DNA of 34,304 bases from Octopus bimaculoides (Eukaryota), in the NCBI RefSeq assembly GCF_001194135.2, contig NC_068981.1, forward strand, positions 117,969,365 to 118,003,668, in the 5' to 3' direction. Below, piece by piece: positions 11,645-22,795 of the stretch. Position 1 is the first letter of the stretch; each line of letters starts with the position of its first letter. The notes under the pieces were generated by a model. It was not told the DNA's origin, did no database searches, and saw only the letters and a program-made list of their open reading frames with translations. The position numbers and the translations under genes are program-made.

Positions 11645-12098
11645 CACACACAAGCGTGTGTGCGTGAGTGAGTGCGTTTTCTGTGTACATGTTTATTTAT
11701 GATCTGATAGATAAGTGGTAGTGCGAACTCATATGTACCTGAGATTGCCATTATAACAGTCTCTTTTGGACTAATTTGATTTGTTGGCCAGACACGAGAG
11801 CGAATATCAAGTTACAAGGTGGCCTACAAACAGCAGATAAACTACACACTTCTCTTGTAACCGAAGCAACCACCATCACCTCGCTAATCTGAAATAGGTT
11901 ATACATATATTTGTGCCTGTACATATGTATATGTATATATGTATGTATATGTACATACATATTCAGTGATATATAAAATATATACAATGATATATATATA
12001 TATGCATGTTATACGTATATATATAATATATACATATATCTGTATATACGTATATATATACTCATATATATATATATATATATATATANNNNNNNNNN

Positions 12099-12283
12099 TA
12101 GCCCCAGGAGGACATCTCCTCCAGCTGGCTTATCGACACACTACTGTGTCCTGTTTGCCAAGGGAAGTTACCCCTCCCATCATAATCTGTAGCACGAACG
12201 GACCCGGGTTTCACGAAAACCTTTCTGTTTGGGGGACAGGCCGTAGGCAAGACAAAACTAATAAAACCCTATAATCGCGTCAA
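12099..12283. other. GC-rich multi-hairpin segment of unknown family (probable mobile-element end or UTR)
   Basis: Perfect hairpins GGAGGA-CATC-TCCTCC and GACACA-CTAC-TGTGTC, plus AGGG-N7-CCCT and GGGTTTCA...TAAAACCC. Its last 73 bp are duplicated at 9980-10052. Confidence 0.5.
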
Positions 12284-12838
12284 GTTGGTGTTATGACTAG
12301 GTAGATATACATTTGGTTTTGCAGAAAGTATTGTTCTAGAGAATGTTTAAGAAAGCATAAAAACATTATAAGTTTGTTTTAAAATTTGAGATTACACAGA
12401 CAGTAATTTAAGTAGAATATGGGCAATTCCTATGAGCACTATTTTTTGAATTTCTGCCATTTTGGGATTTCCAGGTATCTGAGATAGGTAGCAACCAGCT
12501 TCTTTTGCTATCATTCCTAGGGCACCTATGACAACAAGTATTTATTTAGCCTTGAGGTTCCACAGTTTCCTTGAGTTTCCACGTTTGGGAAGATGCTACT
12601 TTCTATAAAAAAAACTATTGGTGTATTCAATCAAGATAGACGTTAGTATTTTACACATTGTTGTTAAGCAGGTTATGGGTCCATACATTTGTGGTTGTAC
12701 TTTGTTCCTTCATCTTTGTTCCTTCAACTTTTGGAAATAGAAATGTATCATCATTAACTAGGCAACAGGGAATCAAACTAGATTGTTGAGAACGTTTTGT
12801 TAGCAGTTCATGGCTCTCTGGGTAGCCATTCAACGAGA
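12284..12838 (-). mobile_element. Internally deleted R4/Dong-type element (RT N-terminal part fused to RLE C-terminus and partial 3' UTR)
   Basis: Minus strand: RPITCLTTMCKILTSILIEYT..IFP (12600-12700) runs into ..VVIGALGMIAKEAGCYLSQIPGNPKMAEIQKIVLIGIAHIL. The 3' UTR matches 12935-13193 but stops near 12284. Confidence 0.85.
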
Positions 12839-12839
12839 A

Positions 12840-12863
12840 GTTGTTGTTGTTGTTGTTGTTGTC

Positions 12864-12932
<69 letters not shown>

Positions 12933-12933
12933 T
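12840..12933. repeat. (GTT)n followed by (TTA)n microsatellite
   Basis: Directly visible; it forms the tail of the R4 fragment at 12935-13193. Confidence 0.95.
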
Positions 12934-12934
12934 T

Positions 12935-13192
12935 ATGTTTAACTTTTGCTTTGCATTTGTACAAGTTGGATCCAAGTCTCACCCAGAGACCTCAAGAGAC
13001 AACAAGTTAGAAGTTCATGTAGGTGTTATGCCTAGGGTACCATATATTTGGATTTGTTCATAGCGTTGTTCTAGAGAATGTTTAAGAAACCATAAGAAAA
13101 TTATATGTTTGTTTTAAAATTTGAGATCACATAGACAGTATTTTACGTAGGATATGGGTAGTTCCCATGAGCACTATCTTTTGAACTTCGGC

Positions 13193-13193
<1 letters not shown>
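12935..13193 (-). mobile_element. Short 5'-truncated R4/Dong-type 3' end between two (AAT)n tracts
   Basis: Minus strand MAEVQKIVLMGTTHILRKILSM*, then a complete 3' UTR and (AAT)n tail. Same family as 12284-12600. Confidence 0.85.
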
Positions 13194-13237
<44 letters not shown>

Positions 13238-13262
13238 CATTATTATTATTATTATTATTGTT
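13194..13262. repeat. (TTA)n microsatellite
   Basis: Directly visible. Confidence 0.95.
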
Positions 13263-13445
13263 CAGTAGTTTTATTTTTATAACGTGCTTTCACTTCACTA
13301 CCGAGCGCAGCTCTGTGCGCCTTGGGTATGTGCTGTGGTTTGCTGTGGTGCTTTTATGTTTACTGTATTGAAAGTGTTTTGCGTAGAATGTGTGCAGTAC
13401 CCAGTAGTGCAATTTTCTGTATGTTACATATATTTACACTTTTCA
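13263..13445 (-). mobile_element. R4/Dong-type 3' end from a different subfamily
   Basis: Minus strand NICNIQKIALLGTAHILRKTLSIQ*, then a 3' UTR and the (AAT)n tail at 13194-13262. Confidence 0.85.
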
Positions 13446-13959
13446 GAACTCCCGTTCTTACTTGCCCTGGTTGATTCGCAAAAGCGTTCAGCAACCTGTT
13501 GTCAGATATCTCACAGGGTCTCTTCCTGAAAATTATAAGCTTTGGTGCATAGATGTTGTTTGTAATTGATTCGTTGGGCGTCGGAAACAACAAAAAAAAC
13601 CTCCTTGGTAACTTTTGGTTACAATAGCTTGCGATCTAAGGTCAAAACATTCACAGATCAAGTTGGCTTAATAAGTACATGTAGCAGACAAGTAAGTTAT
13701 AGCTAGGGTCAATATCCTCGAAAACACTTCTCAGCCTATAAAGTAGCGGCATAGTACCTATGTCAGAAATCATTATTAAGTGTTTCTAAATAATATACTT
13801 CATCTACCCATCAAACCTTCTCAACCTCTACTCGAACACAGCTTTCCCTTCAGATAATGTTTACAAGACATCTATTACTCTAACATGAACAAACTGTACG
13901 TCAGATGAAGTTAATAGATGAATAAAGAAAGCATAAAATATTAATTAGGCGCTGATATC

Positions 13960-14239
13960 CTATTCATTGCAATCATTACCAACATCATTATCACAGCAAA
14001 CGGCATCGCCATAGTCGTCAACGACGCCCTTATCATCATCACCATCATGATCATAAACAAGAACAAAAATAACAACAGCAATATCAACAACAGGAACAGC
14101 AACATCATAATCAGCAGCAGTAGTACAGTGTACCAGAGCATTCTTCTTCTTCTTCTTCTTCTTCTTCTTCTTCTTCTTCTTCTTCTTCTTCTTCTTCTTC
14201 TTCTTCTTCTTCTTCTTCTTCTTCTTCTTCTTCTTCTTC
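13960..14239. repeat. Degenerate (CAT/AAC) tract followed by pure (CTT)n
   Basis: Directly visible; (CTT)n at 14141-14239 runs into a gap. Confidence 0.9.
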
Positions 14240-14746
14240 NNNNNNNNNNNNNNNNNNNNNNNNNNNNNNNNNNNNNNNNNNNNNNNNNNNNNNNNNNNNN
14301 NNNNNNNNNNNNNNNNNNNNNNNNNNNNNNNNNNNNNNNNNNNNNNNNNNNNNNNNNNNNNNNNNNNNNNNNNNNNNNNNNNNNNNNNNNNNNNNNNNNN
14401 NNNNNNNNNNNNNNNNNNNNNNNNNNNNNNNNNNNNNNNNNNNNNNNNNNNNNNNNNNNNNNNNNNNNNNNNNNNNNNNNNNNNNNNNNNNNNNNNNNNN
14501 NNNNNNNNNNNNNNNNNNNNNNNNNNNNNNNNNNNNNNNNNNNNNNNNNNNNNNNNNNNNNNNNNNNNNNNNNNNNNNNNNNNNNNNNNNNNNNNNNNNN
14601 NNNNNNNNNNNNNNNNNNNNNNNNNNNNNNNNNNNNNNNNNNNNNNNNNNNNNNNNNNNNNNNNNNNNNNNNNNNNNNNNNNNNNNNNNNNNNNNNNNTA
14701 TGTATGTATATGTATATATATATATATATATAATGTTAGGATAAAA

Positions 14747-14917
14747 TCTTTATAAGAATTTATCAAGTAGTTAGCGTGAAAAAACATCATAAGGAAAAAA
14801 AACATCATTTTTTTCTCCATAAATATATATAATTTAATTTATATAAGTGCATTACTATACAATAATGCCACACGCTTAGAGGTTTTTTTCACGCTACTTG
14901 ATAAGTTCGTTTATAAG
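14747..14917. repeat. Imperfect inverted repeat, possible small MITE
   Basis: TTATCAAGTAG(TTAG)CGTGAAAAAAC at about 14760-14785 is the reverse complement of GTTTTTTTCACGCTACTTGATAA at 14882-14904. The spacer is about 95 nt and AT-rich. Confidence 0.6.
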
Positions 14918-16168
14918 TTAGGTTATGGCAAAAATACCCACACGAACGATGTCATAAATAACAGTACCGCCGATAGTTGTTGTTAACAAACAACGGCACT
15001 AAATTTATTCAAGGGAAAAGATCCATTACACCGCACAACGTGTGGTGTTCACAATTCAAAGCAGTAATTGTTTTCACCTCAATAGACGTCAGTGATTCGT
15101 TGAAATTACCGAAATACGACAATTCTTTACATGAAATAACTTCGAAAACAAACATTTTTTATCTGTTCTATAACACAAAATATACAGGTATACGAAGTTT
15201 GAAAGTGTTTCGGAAGAAAACACACTAAATAAAACATAAATAAAAAGTGGCGCCCGTCGAATCAGAAAGATCCAAGAAAACCAAGCAGAAGAGACAGAGG
15301 TAAAGTTAGAGAAAGAGAGACACACAGACAGAGAGACAGATAGTAAGATAGATATATAGAGAGGAGTTGAATGATAGAAAGATGGGAGAGGGTAAAAAAA
15401 AAAGCATAGAAAGATGAATGGGAGAGGATAAATAAGAGTAAAATCGAAATCCGAGCGAAATGTGAATATGAAGAGATTCTTGAGTAAATAATTTTAAAAA
15501 GATTTTATGATTATTATTATTATTATAATTATTAATTATCATGCTATAAAACTTATATGACAATAAAGGTTTATAGTACAATGGATATTTCTACATGAAG
15601 CATATGCAATTTAAACCAAGTTGAAGAAAGTTAATGGAAACTTTAAAAAATTTAAAAATCGATATTTTTAATGTTCGGCGAGGTTACGGAATTACAATCA
15701 AGGTTCGTTTGAGCTTGACCCAACATTTTGTTGGGCCAAGCTCTAAATGTGCTTGACCAATATATAGATTGGTAGATAGATAAATTTATATATATATATA
15801 TATATATTATAATATTAGGGACAAAATCCAAAATTACAGGTAAAAACTCAATTATATTATACTCATTTATTGTGCTTTTAATTATTAATTTTTCTATATG
15901 TGATAGTGGATTTTCATCGATGAGTTCTTGAAACTTAGTTATTTTCCCTAAAACTATATATTTTATATANNNNNNNNNNNNNNNNNNNNNNNNNNNNNNN
16001 NNNNNNNNNNNNNNNNNNNNNNNNNNNNNNNNNNNNNNNNNNNNNNNNNNNNNNNNNNNNNNNNNNNNNNNNNNNNNNNNNNNNNNNNNNNNNNNNNNNN
16101 NNNNNNNNNNNNNNNNNNNNNNNNNNNNNNNNNNNNNNNNNNNNNNNNNNNNNNATATATATATATAA

Positions 16169-16231
<63 letters not shown>

Positions 16232-16469
16232 TGTATATATATTTAAACATACATGCGAACGTAAATACATAATACAAACATACATATAGACACACTCTAC
16301 TGTCTATAAATGCCGCCTCCCACACTAAAAAGAAGTTGTTATAAAGTGCGCTAAAAGATCTGGTGTGAGAAAGACTTATGTCTACTGTAAATTTTCTTCT
16401 TCATTTACATGTTGCTTTGTATCTATATTTGTGTTTCCATAAAATGATTCTTCTGGTTTGTGTGTTGAG

Positions 16470-16577
16470 AGTAATGACGATCATGTTGATCGTGTTTTGG
16501 TGGAGTTGTGGCGACGGGGTTAAGGTGGGCTGGGTGATAATGGTGATGATATCATGTATAGTTGATGATCATGGTTG

Positions 16578-16637
<60 letters not shown>

Positions 16638-17035
16638 CGATTATGATGATAATAGTGATGATGATGAGGAGGATGATGACGAAGATGATGATCATCAACA
16701 TCTTCATTATAATCATTGTCATCATCATCGTTATCATCATAATCATCGTCTTCGTCATCAGCATCATCATCATCCAGAAAGACGAGGAGAGTGCTGTTGC
16801 TGCTACTCCTGCTACTCGAACCTCTGTTCATGTCGACGACGACGACGATGACGAAGATGATGATAACGGTGCAGGTGGTGCTTGTGGTGCTGGCGCTGGT
16901 GATGGCAGAAGCTTTGTTGCTGTTTTTCTTGGTGGCGTGGATGTGGTGGTTGTGTTGATAGAGCTCACGATGATGATGGTGTTAATCACTACCTTCGTTA
17001 TGATGCTGGTAATGATGATGATTATGATGACGTCG
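16470..17035. repeat. Low-complexity trinucleotide region: (GAT)n, then (CAT)n, then GAC/GGT/GAT-rich
   Basis: Directly visible; it yields poly-D/M/I/H ORFs in several frames. Confidence 0.9.
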
Positions 17036-17229
17036 AACGATGTTCTTGAAACAGAGCCAATAAACATATCGTATGTAGACAAGGAATACAATTACTGCTT
17101 CAGAACATCCATCCAGACCGAATGAAAAATGGTATCATGTGATTTATGACTCGCCCAATATCTTTGGCGGGCGCAGACACTCATGTCTGGGCATAATTTC
17201 CTCTTTCTCAATATCACCATTACTTGTTA

Positions 17230-17232
<3 letters not shown>

Positions 17233-17292
<60 letters not shown>

Positions 17293-17368
17293 TATGTATA
17301 TATACACACATATATATACATATAAATAAATATATATATATACATACACACATATATATATACGTGTT

Positions 17369-17400
<32 letters not shown>

Positions 17401-17872
17401 NNNNNNNNNNNNNNNNNNNNNNNNNNNNNNNNNNNNNNNNNNNNNNNNNNNNNNNNNNNNNNNNNNNNNNNNNNNNNNNNNNNNNNNNNNNNNNNNNNNN
17501 NNNNNNNNNNNNNNNNNNNNNNNNNNNNNNNNNNNNNNNNNNNNNNNNNNNNNNNNNNNNNNNNNNNNNNNNNNNNNNNNNNNNNNNNNNNNNNNNNNNN
17601 NNNNNNNNNNNNNNNNNNNNNNNNNNNNNNNNNNNNNNNNNNNNNNNNNNNNNNNNNNNNNNNNNNNNNNNNNNNNNNNNNNNNNNNNNNNNNNNNNNNN
17701 NNNNNNNNNNNNNNNNNNNNNNNNNNNNNNNNNNNNNNNNNNNNNNNNNNNNNNNNNNNNNNNNNNNNNNNNNNNNNNNNNNNNNNNNNNNNNNNNNNNN
17801 NNNNNNNNNNNNNNNNNNNNNNNNNNNNNNNNNNNNNNNNNNNNNNNNNNNNNNNNNNNNNNNNNNNNNNNN

Positions 17873-17903
<31 letters not shown>

Positions 17904-17979
17904 TATGTATATATACACACATATATATACATATAAATAAATATATATATATACATACACACATATATATATACGTGTT

Positions 17980-18014
<35 letters not shown>

Positions 18015-18028
18015 ATATATATATACAT
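17233..18028. repeat. (CT)n plus TA-rich block duplicated on both sides of a gap (likely assembly artefact)
   Basis: 17281-17400 is identical to 17892-18011, flanking the N run 17401-17872. Confidence 0.85.
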
Positions 18029-18119
18029 AAGGAAAAGACAAGGTAGTAAATGCTAAAATATTTTGATGATCAAAAATATTTCGTAACGGTTAGTACCGGT
18101 TTCAGTCGTAGAAACCAAG

Positions 18120-18480
18120 CCAAACCAGACTGCGGTCTGGTGCAGCTCTCCAGTTTGCCAGTTCTTGTCAATCCGTTCAATCCATGCCATACCCGGCAAA
18201 AATACTCGATTATTCCAGTCTGATGTCCTAATTCGTTCAACCGCCTACTTAAAGATAACAAATATGAAAGATACCTCCACCGAATCATTGGATAAACTGG
18301 TAACGACGGCACGAGACCAGCCAAAAATTTAAGGATACAATCAGGGAACTTAATCAACTGCAAACTCATAGACCAACTTTAAGTCATAAAGCGACGCAAA
18401 ACTGAACGAAAATAAATGAAGGCGGTACTCCAGCATGGCTGCAGTCTTACGACAGAAACCATTTAAAGAATAAAAAGAAT
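18120..18480 (+). mobile_element. 3' end of a CR1/Jockey-group LINE including a 3' UTR with a SINE-type tail
   Basis: Plus strand RLFQ...STESLDKLVTTARDQPKI*GY (cf. LDKFL.T.PDQP...GY), then NSLIDQ-like codons. The UTR GGCGGTACTCCAGCATGGCTGCAGTC...GAAACC...AAAGAATAAAAAGAAT resembles the 3' tail of common octopus SINEs as I recall it. Confidence 0.5.
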
Positions 18481-18524
18481 GTGTATGTGTATGTGCGTAT
18501 GCACATGTGTGTGTATGTGCATGT

Positions 18525-18561
<37 letters not shown>

Positions 18562-18819
18562 CGCATGCGCTCGCAAGAGAGAGTTCTTTCTGCTTGTAGT
18601 CTTATATTTCTAACCAATATAGAGAGACCTAATCTCAACACATGAATAAACTATGACAATATCGATAAGTATGCACCTACTTTCACCCTTGTGTATGTGT
18701 GTAGGAATTTCACTTAATGTGAATTTCACTTTATGAGCTGTTTGATCAATGTGTACACAGAGTTTTGGAGTGGCTCTTAGCGAATAATAAAGTGAAGACG
18801 ATTTATATCTATAATCTGT

Positions 18820-19713
18820 ATTTTTCGGGATCCTCCATGAGGATTAGTCCTTTATCGTCAGAGGAAAAGGAGAATATCATGCTTAAATCGGACCCTAAGT
18901 CGAAACCTACGCCCAAGTTGACGTCAAAGCAGCGACTAAGCACAGCGGCTCAAGGTCGCACGTCAGATGGAGCAATTTTTGTGTCAAATGACAACCTCAA
19001 TTTGTTAATGAGTGATGAAGCTGAATTTCATCTCAATGGCATTGTGAATCAACAGAACTGTCGCTGCTGGCCTCTTGAAAGTCCGAGAGAACTGCACGAA
19101 AGACCAGTGTACAGCCCAAAAGTGACGGTCTGGTGTGCTTTTGGAAAAGCTACCATCATTGGTCTTTACTCTTTTTATGACAATAATAGAAATGCTGTTA
19201 ATCTGAGCTACGAACGCTACATCGAGATGATAAGCAACTTCTTTGTGCCTGAATTACGATGAAAACGTATGCCTATTCGATGCCTGTGGTTTCAGCAGGA
19301 TGGGGCGACGGCTTACAAAGCCAGAGCATCAACGGGCGTTCTTCGCCCTGTCTTCGGTGACTGCCTCATTTCCAGGTTTACTGACATTCGTTGCCCCCCC
19401 CCCCTCGGTCCCCTGTTTTGTCCATGTGTGATTATTTTTGTGAGGAAACCTCAAGGCCGTGTGTATACGCATAAGCACGGTACATTGAACGATTTGAAGG
19501 AAGCTATTCACGTGGAAGTTGCCCAAATCTACAGAGCAATGCTGCAGAGAGGAGAGGATAACTTCCAAGAACGCCTTCGGAAATACATCAATGAAAACGG
19601 CCAGCATATGATGGATGTTGTTTTTCACACTTGATTTTGTCAAATGCCAATTCAATACAAATACATTGATGTCCGATTTTTCAAAACGTCCGTCCTCTCT
19701 GCTCCATTCTGTA
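18820..19713 (+). mobile_element. Tc1/mariner rosa-type (DD41D-like) transposase pseudogene, 5'-truncated
   Basis: LLMSDEAEFHLNGIVNQQNCRCW...PKVTVWC..., then WFQQDGATA...ISRFTDIRCPPP (WPPRSPD decayed). The C-terminus reads LKEAI...NFQERLRKYINENGQHMMDVVFHT. ORFs 18765-19262 and 19269-19634 share a frame across one stop. The 3' end CCATTCTG+TA at 19704-19713 resembles a TIR with a TA target; no matching 5' TIR was found. Confidence 0.9.
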
Positions 19714-20249
19714 TCACGAAAAAACATTTCAATGAACATGACTAAAAAGAAAACAAGTAAAAGAAAATCGAGGGTATTTGAATTTGAACTTCAGAAATAA
19801 ATTTAATTTCATTTGCCTCTGATATATTTCTTCAATGGAGTGTGTTTGTGCGAATTCGGTGTGTTTCTAGAAATCAAATACTTTATTTAATACATAGTTT
19901 ACTAGAATAATACCTCATCATATTTTATTCACGCTGTAGTATGCAGAAGGAGGGCTTGGCTTTTGCATTATACGTTTAATTTTCATATCTTAGAAACTAT
20001 GTCAAATTTTTTTTTGCTTTTGATGAATTCTTGTGCAGTGAAAGATATTTCATCAGTACCGAAAATAATTCCTCATTTCTACACGCCGCTTTGCTTCTAC
20101 TCTGAGGCAAATTTCTCTTTCGGTCAGTGCTATTTTTCTTTCTCAAAATTCTTTATAATTGAAGCCATAAATTTTCTCTTTCGTGTTTTCCTCACGTCAT
20201 GAGATATTTCTGAACCATATATAGAAGTGTGTGTATGTATCATGAATGC

Positions 20250-21600
20250 GATCTTGAAGATACTTCATCATAGTCCAAGGTTTAGTTTCATACAAAATAA
20301 TGCTTTCTTTACGTGCCCTGAAAGAAGTAGGCTCTGTTAAGTTTGAAATACGCGATCACTAGATGTTGTGGTAGCTGTTACAAACACCAAAAGCTACTCC
20401 CTTGAATGTAAGAATGTCTTTCTTACTGTCAGCAATATATGACCTAGGGTACTTGAAATCATCGACCTCCTTCAGCTGAGACCATCGTTGAAATAAATCG
20501 ACTGGAGTAAAGTGACAGAGGTTACTAATTTATGCAAGTTTACATTTGTTTGGTTATGAGAATTGCAGTGCTCTACATGAGACTCTAACCAAGGCAACCG
20601 AAACATAGCACTGGAATTGTTTTTAAGGAAGAGAAGATAGCCAGCGCATTAAGTTAGTATCTTTCAAAGAAGACAGTAACCTCTACTTCGAGGCGGGTAA
20701 CATGTATTAGAGAAGATTTTAAGCAAGCAGCTAAGAAACATCAATCAAGTTTCACTAAGAATATTGACATGTTCCACGTACAAGAAGACGCTTAAAAACT
20801 GAATAACTCAGTAACTTCCACGTCGAGAACAATCGAGATGTTGCCTGGGAAGCTCCGAGGGGGGCTTGTCAAGCCATCTACAGCGTCTTGATGCATGTGT
20901 TTAGCACTTTAGATTGCTACGTGGCAACTAAGAGCTACGCGAAACTAGACTTAATGACGATTCAGTATTTCACAACAAAATAACAGACAGCCTGCTCATG
21001 ATAACCAATCCATTCCTCATAAGACTGACGAACAATGGTACACATGTGACATATAACATTCACTCAATCATCTGAAAGAGTCCACTCCTTCACGAATATT
21101 GGTTCGACTTCTAAACAAGATGTATGATAGAAATAAACCAACAACTTTACAGAAAAGTGTTCTTCATAATCTCAGTACTTAAGAGGGGGAACACTCTCGC
21201 TACTAGCGTCAAAATTTACAACTTTGTACTTCTTGATAAAATTTCCCTTCACACTGACCCCGTCATTGGACGGAACAAAAGTGGTTTCAGCAAAGGAAGC
21301 TCGGTATCATCTCTGACTCTTACACTTAATTACAGAAGCTCAGAGCGAAACACATGACTCGTATTTGGATATAATATTGAACTATGGTATCCAGATCAGA
21401 CTGTCAAAGCCATCATCTCATATACGAAAACTGTCCCCATATACAAAATCAAGCATCGGCCAAAGCTCAGATAGTCTAACTAAAGAGTCACCAAAGACGA
21501 CAGGAATCCTTCAGGGGCATAACTTATTTCTTTTCAATTTGACATGACCCCATCCAAAGCAAAGTCCTCGTTATCAAATAGTACTGATCATGCGTTTAAC
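20250..21600 (+). mobile_element. Decayed RTE-clade LINE (end of AP endonuclease plus RT N-terminal half)
   Basis: Plus strand: FS*DHR and IDWSKVT (APE end); RGNTLATSVKIYNFVLLDKISLHTDPVIGRNKSGFSKGSSVSSLTLTL (cf. RGITL..IAAK.YN.LLLNRI..H..PILR.NQNGFRKGRST..QILTL); ILNYGI..; TTGILQG. Confidence 0.75.
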
Positions 21601-22739
21601 ATTGTGTGTATTTCTCTGATAACTTTTTCCTCACAATTCTTCAACTCTGTGCGGTGCAATACTTGTTAATGTCCTTTGAGTATCTGACAGCCAAAATCAG
21701 TCCTTTTCTATAAGAAAGGGAGACTGTTTACATGACCATCAGTGAAAATGAAAGCTACCTGCCAGTTTTTCAAACAATTATTTGGATCAATAAAAAATAG
21801 TTCGATCAAGCAGTTAGCTTTCGATTCAGATAATGACTAAATATGTCTATTTTTTTAATCGCACTCCCATAATAGTGTAATATATATAGAGACACAGATA
21901 GCTTCACATTAGAATTAATACACGGATGTAGTCTGGAAATCAAAGTAGGTACTTTATTTCAAAAATCTTTTAAGCTAAAGATCGTCTCCCAAGATAATAT
22001 AAATACACTTCAAGTGCAGACAGTGCAATCCTCTTTTTGCTTATATTTGTTTCTAACAATATGAAGCTTTTAATTTCGCGATAGTAGAAACAAAAAGAAG
22101 AAAACCCTTAGCTCTTTTCATAATGGTAAGTACTTGGTGTGGTTAGGATTGCTACGTCAAGTTTCATCCTTTTCTGGCAGAATATGTAATTACTCACGCA
22201 ATCAAATATAGGCGGCATAAATCTTATCTGTCTAAAATAATATGGGAAGAATTCATCTTTTCCCAATGAGCAGAGAACCAGAGTCGCTTTATCCAAATGT
22301 TTAGTTCTTTCTTTAAGGATGGTCGGATATAATTCGAGACGTATGTGGGGACGTTTTTCCTACAGTAGAAAATACCTCCCCCATCTGATGCTCATGGTAA
22401 GCAATTGCATTGGTTATCGTGAATTTAAAAGCCTGGAAAAGATTAAAAATTAATAATAGTTGAGATAGAGATTAACCAATTTCACAGTAAAGAATATTGA
22501 ACATTCACTATCGCTCTCGCAGTCTAATACAGTCCCAGGTTTGGCATCAGTAGTGAGCGACGTATTAGATCAACTTTCATGTAATCTGCTGGTATAGAAG
22601 CCTTACTCATTCAGGCTACTGGACTACAGCGATTCAAAATGTTTTAAACGTTTCTTACATGTTTTTAATATCATATTTTCAAGATTGTTAGATGCACGTG
22701 CAGAGGTGTTGGTGTTTTGTGGCTGAGATAAAACCCTTT

Positions 22740-22794
<55 letters not shown>

Positions 22795-22795
22795 A
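22740..22795. repeat. (AAAG)n microsatellite
   Basis: Directly visible. Confidence 0.95.

Noticed and set aside
11740-11890. Minus-strand segment with acceptor and donor-like sites
   Set aside because: All three frames contain stops between the sites.
12840-13262. Regularly interspaced repeats as a CRISPR-like array
   Set aside because: These are simple (TTA)n tracts separated by retroelement fragments in eukaryotic DNA; there are no conserved direct repeats or cas genes.
16378-17125. Long D/H/M-rich ORFs as a possible low-complexity protein exon
   Set aside because: Open frames on both strands arise from trinucleotide repeats; there are no recognisable domains or convincing splice sites.
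22080-22400. Several splice-like signals (ATG/GTAAG at about 22125 and 22397 on plus; a 34-nt minus-strand candidate near 22178-22211)
   Set aside because: Short, unrecognised peptides on conflicting strands; compatible with chance in AT-rich DNA.
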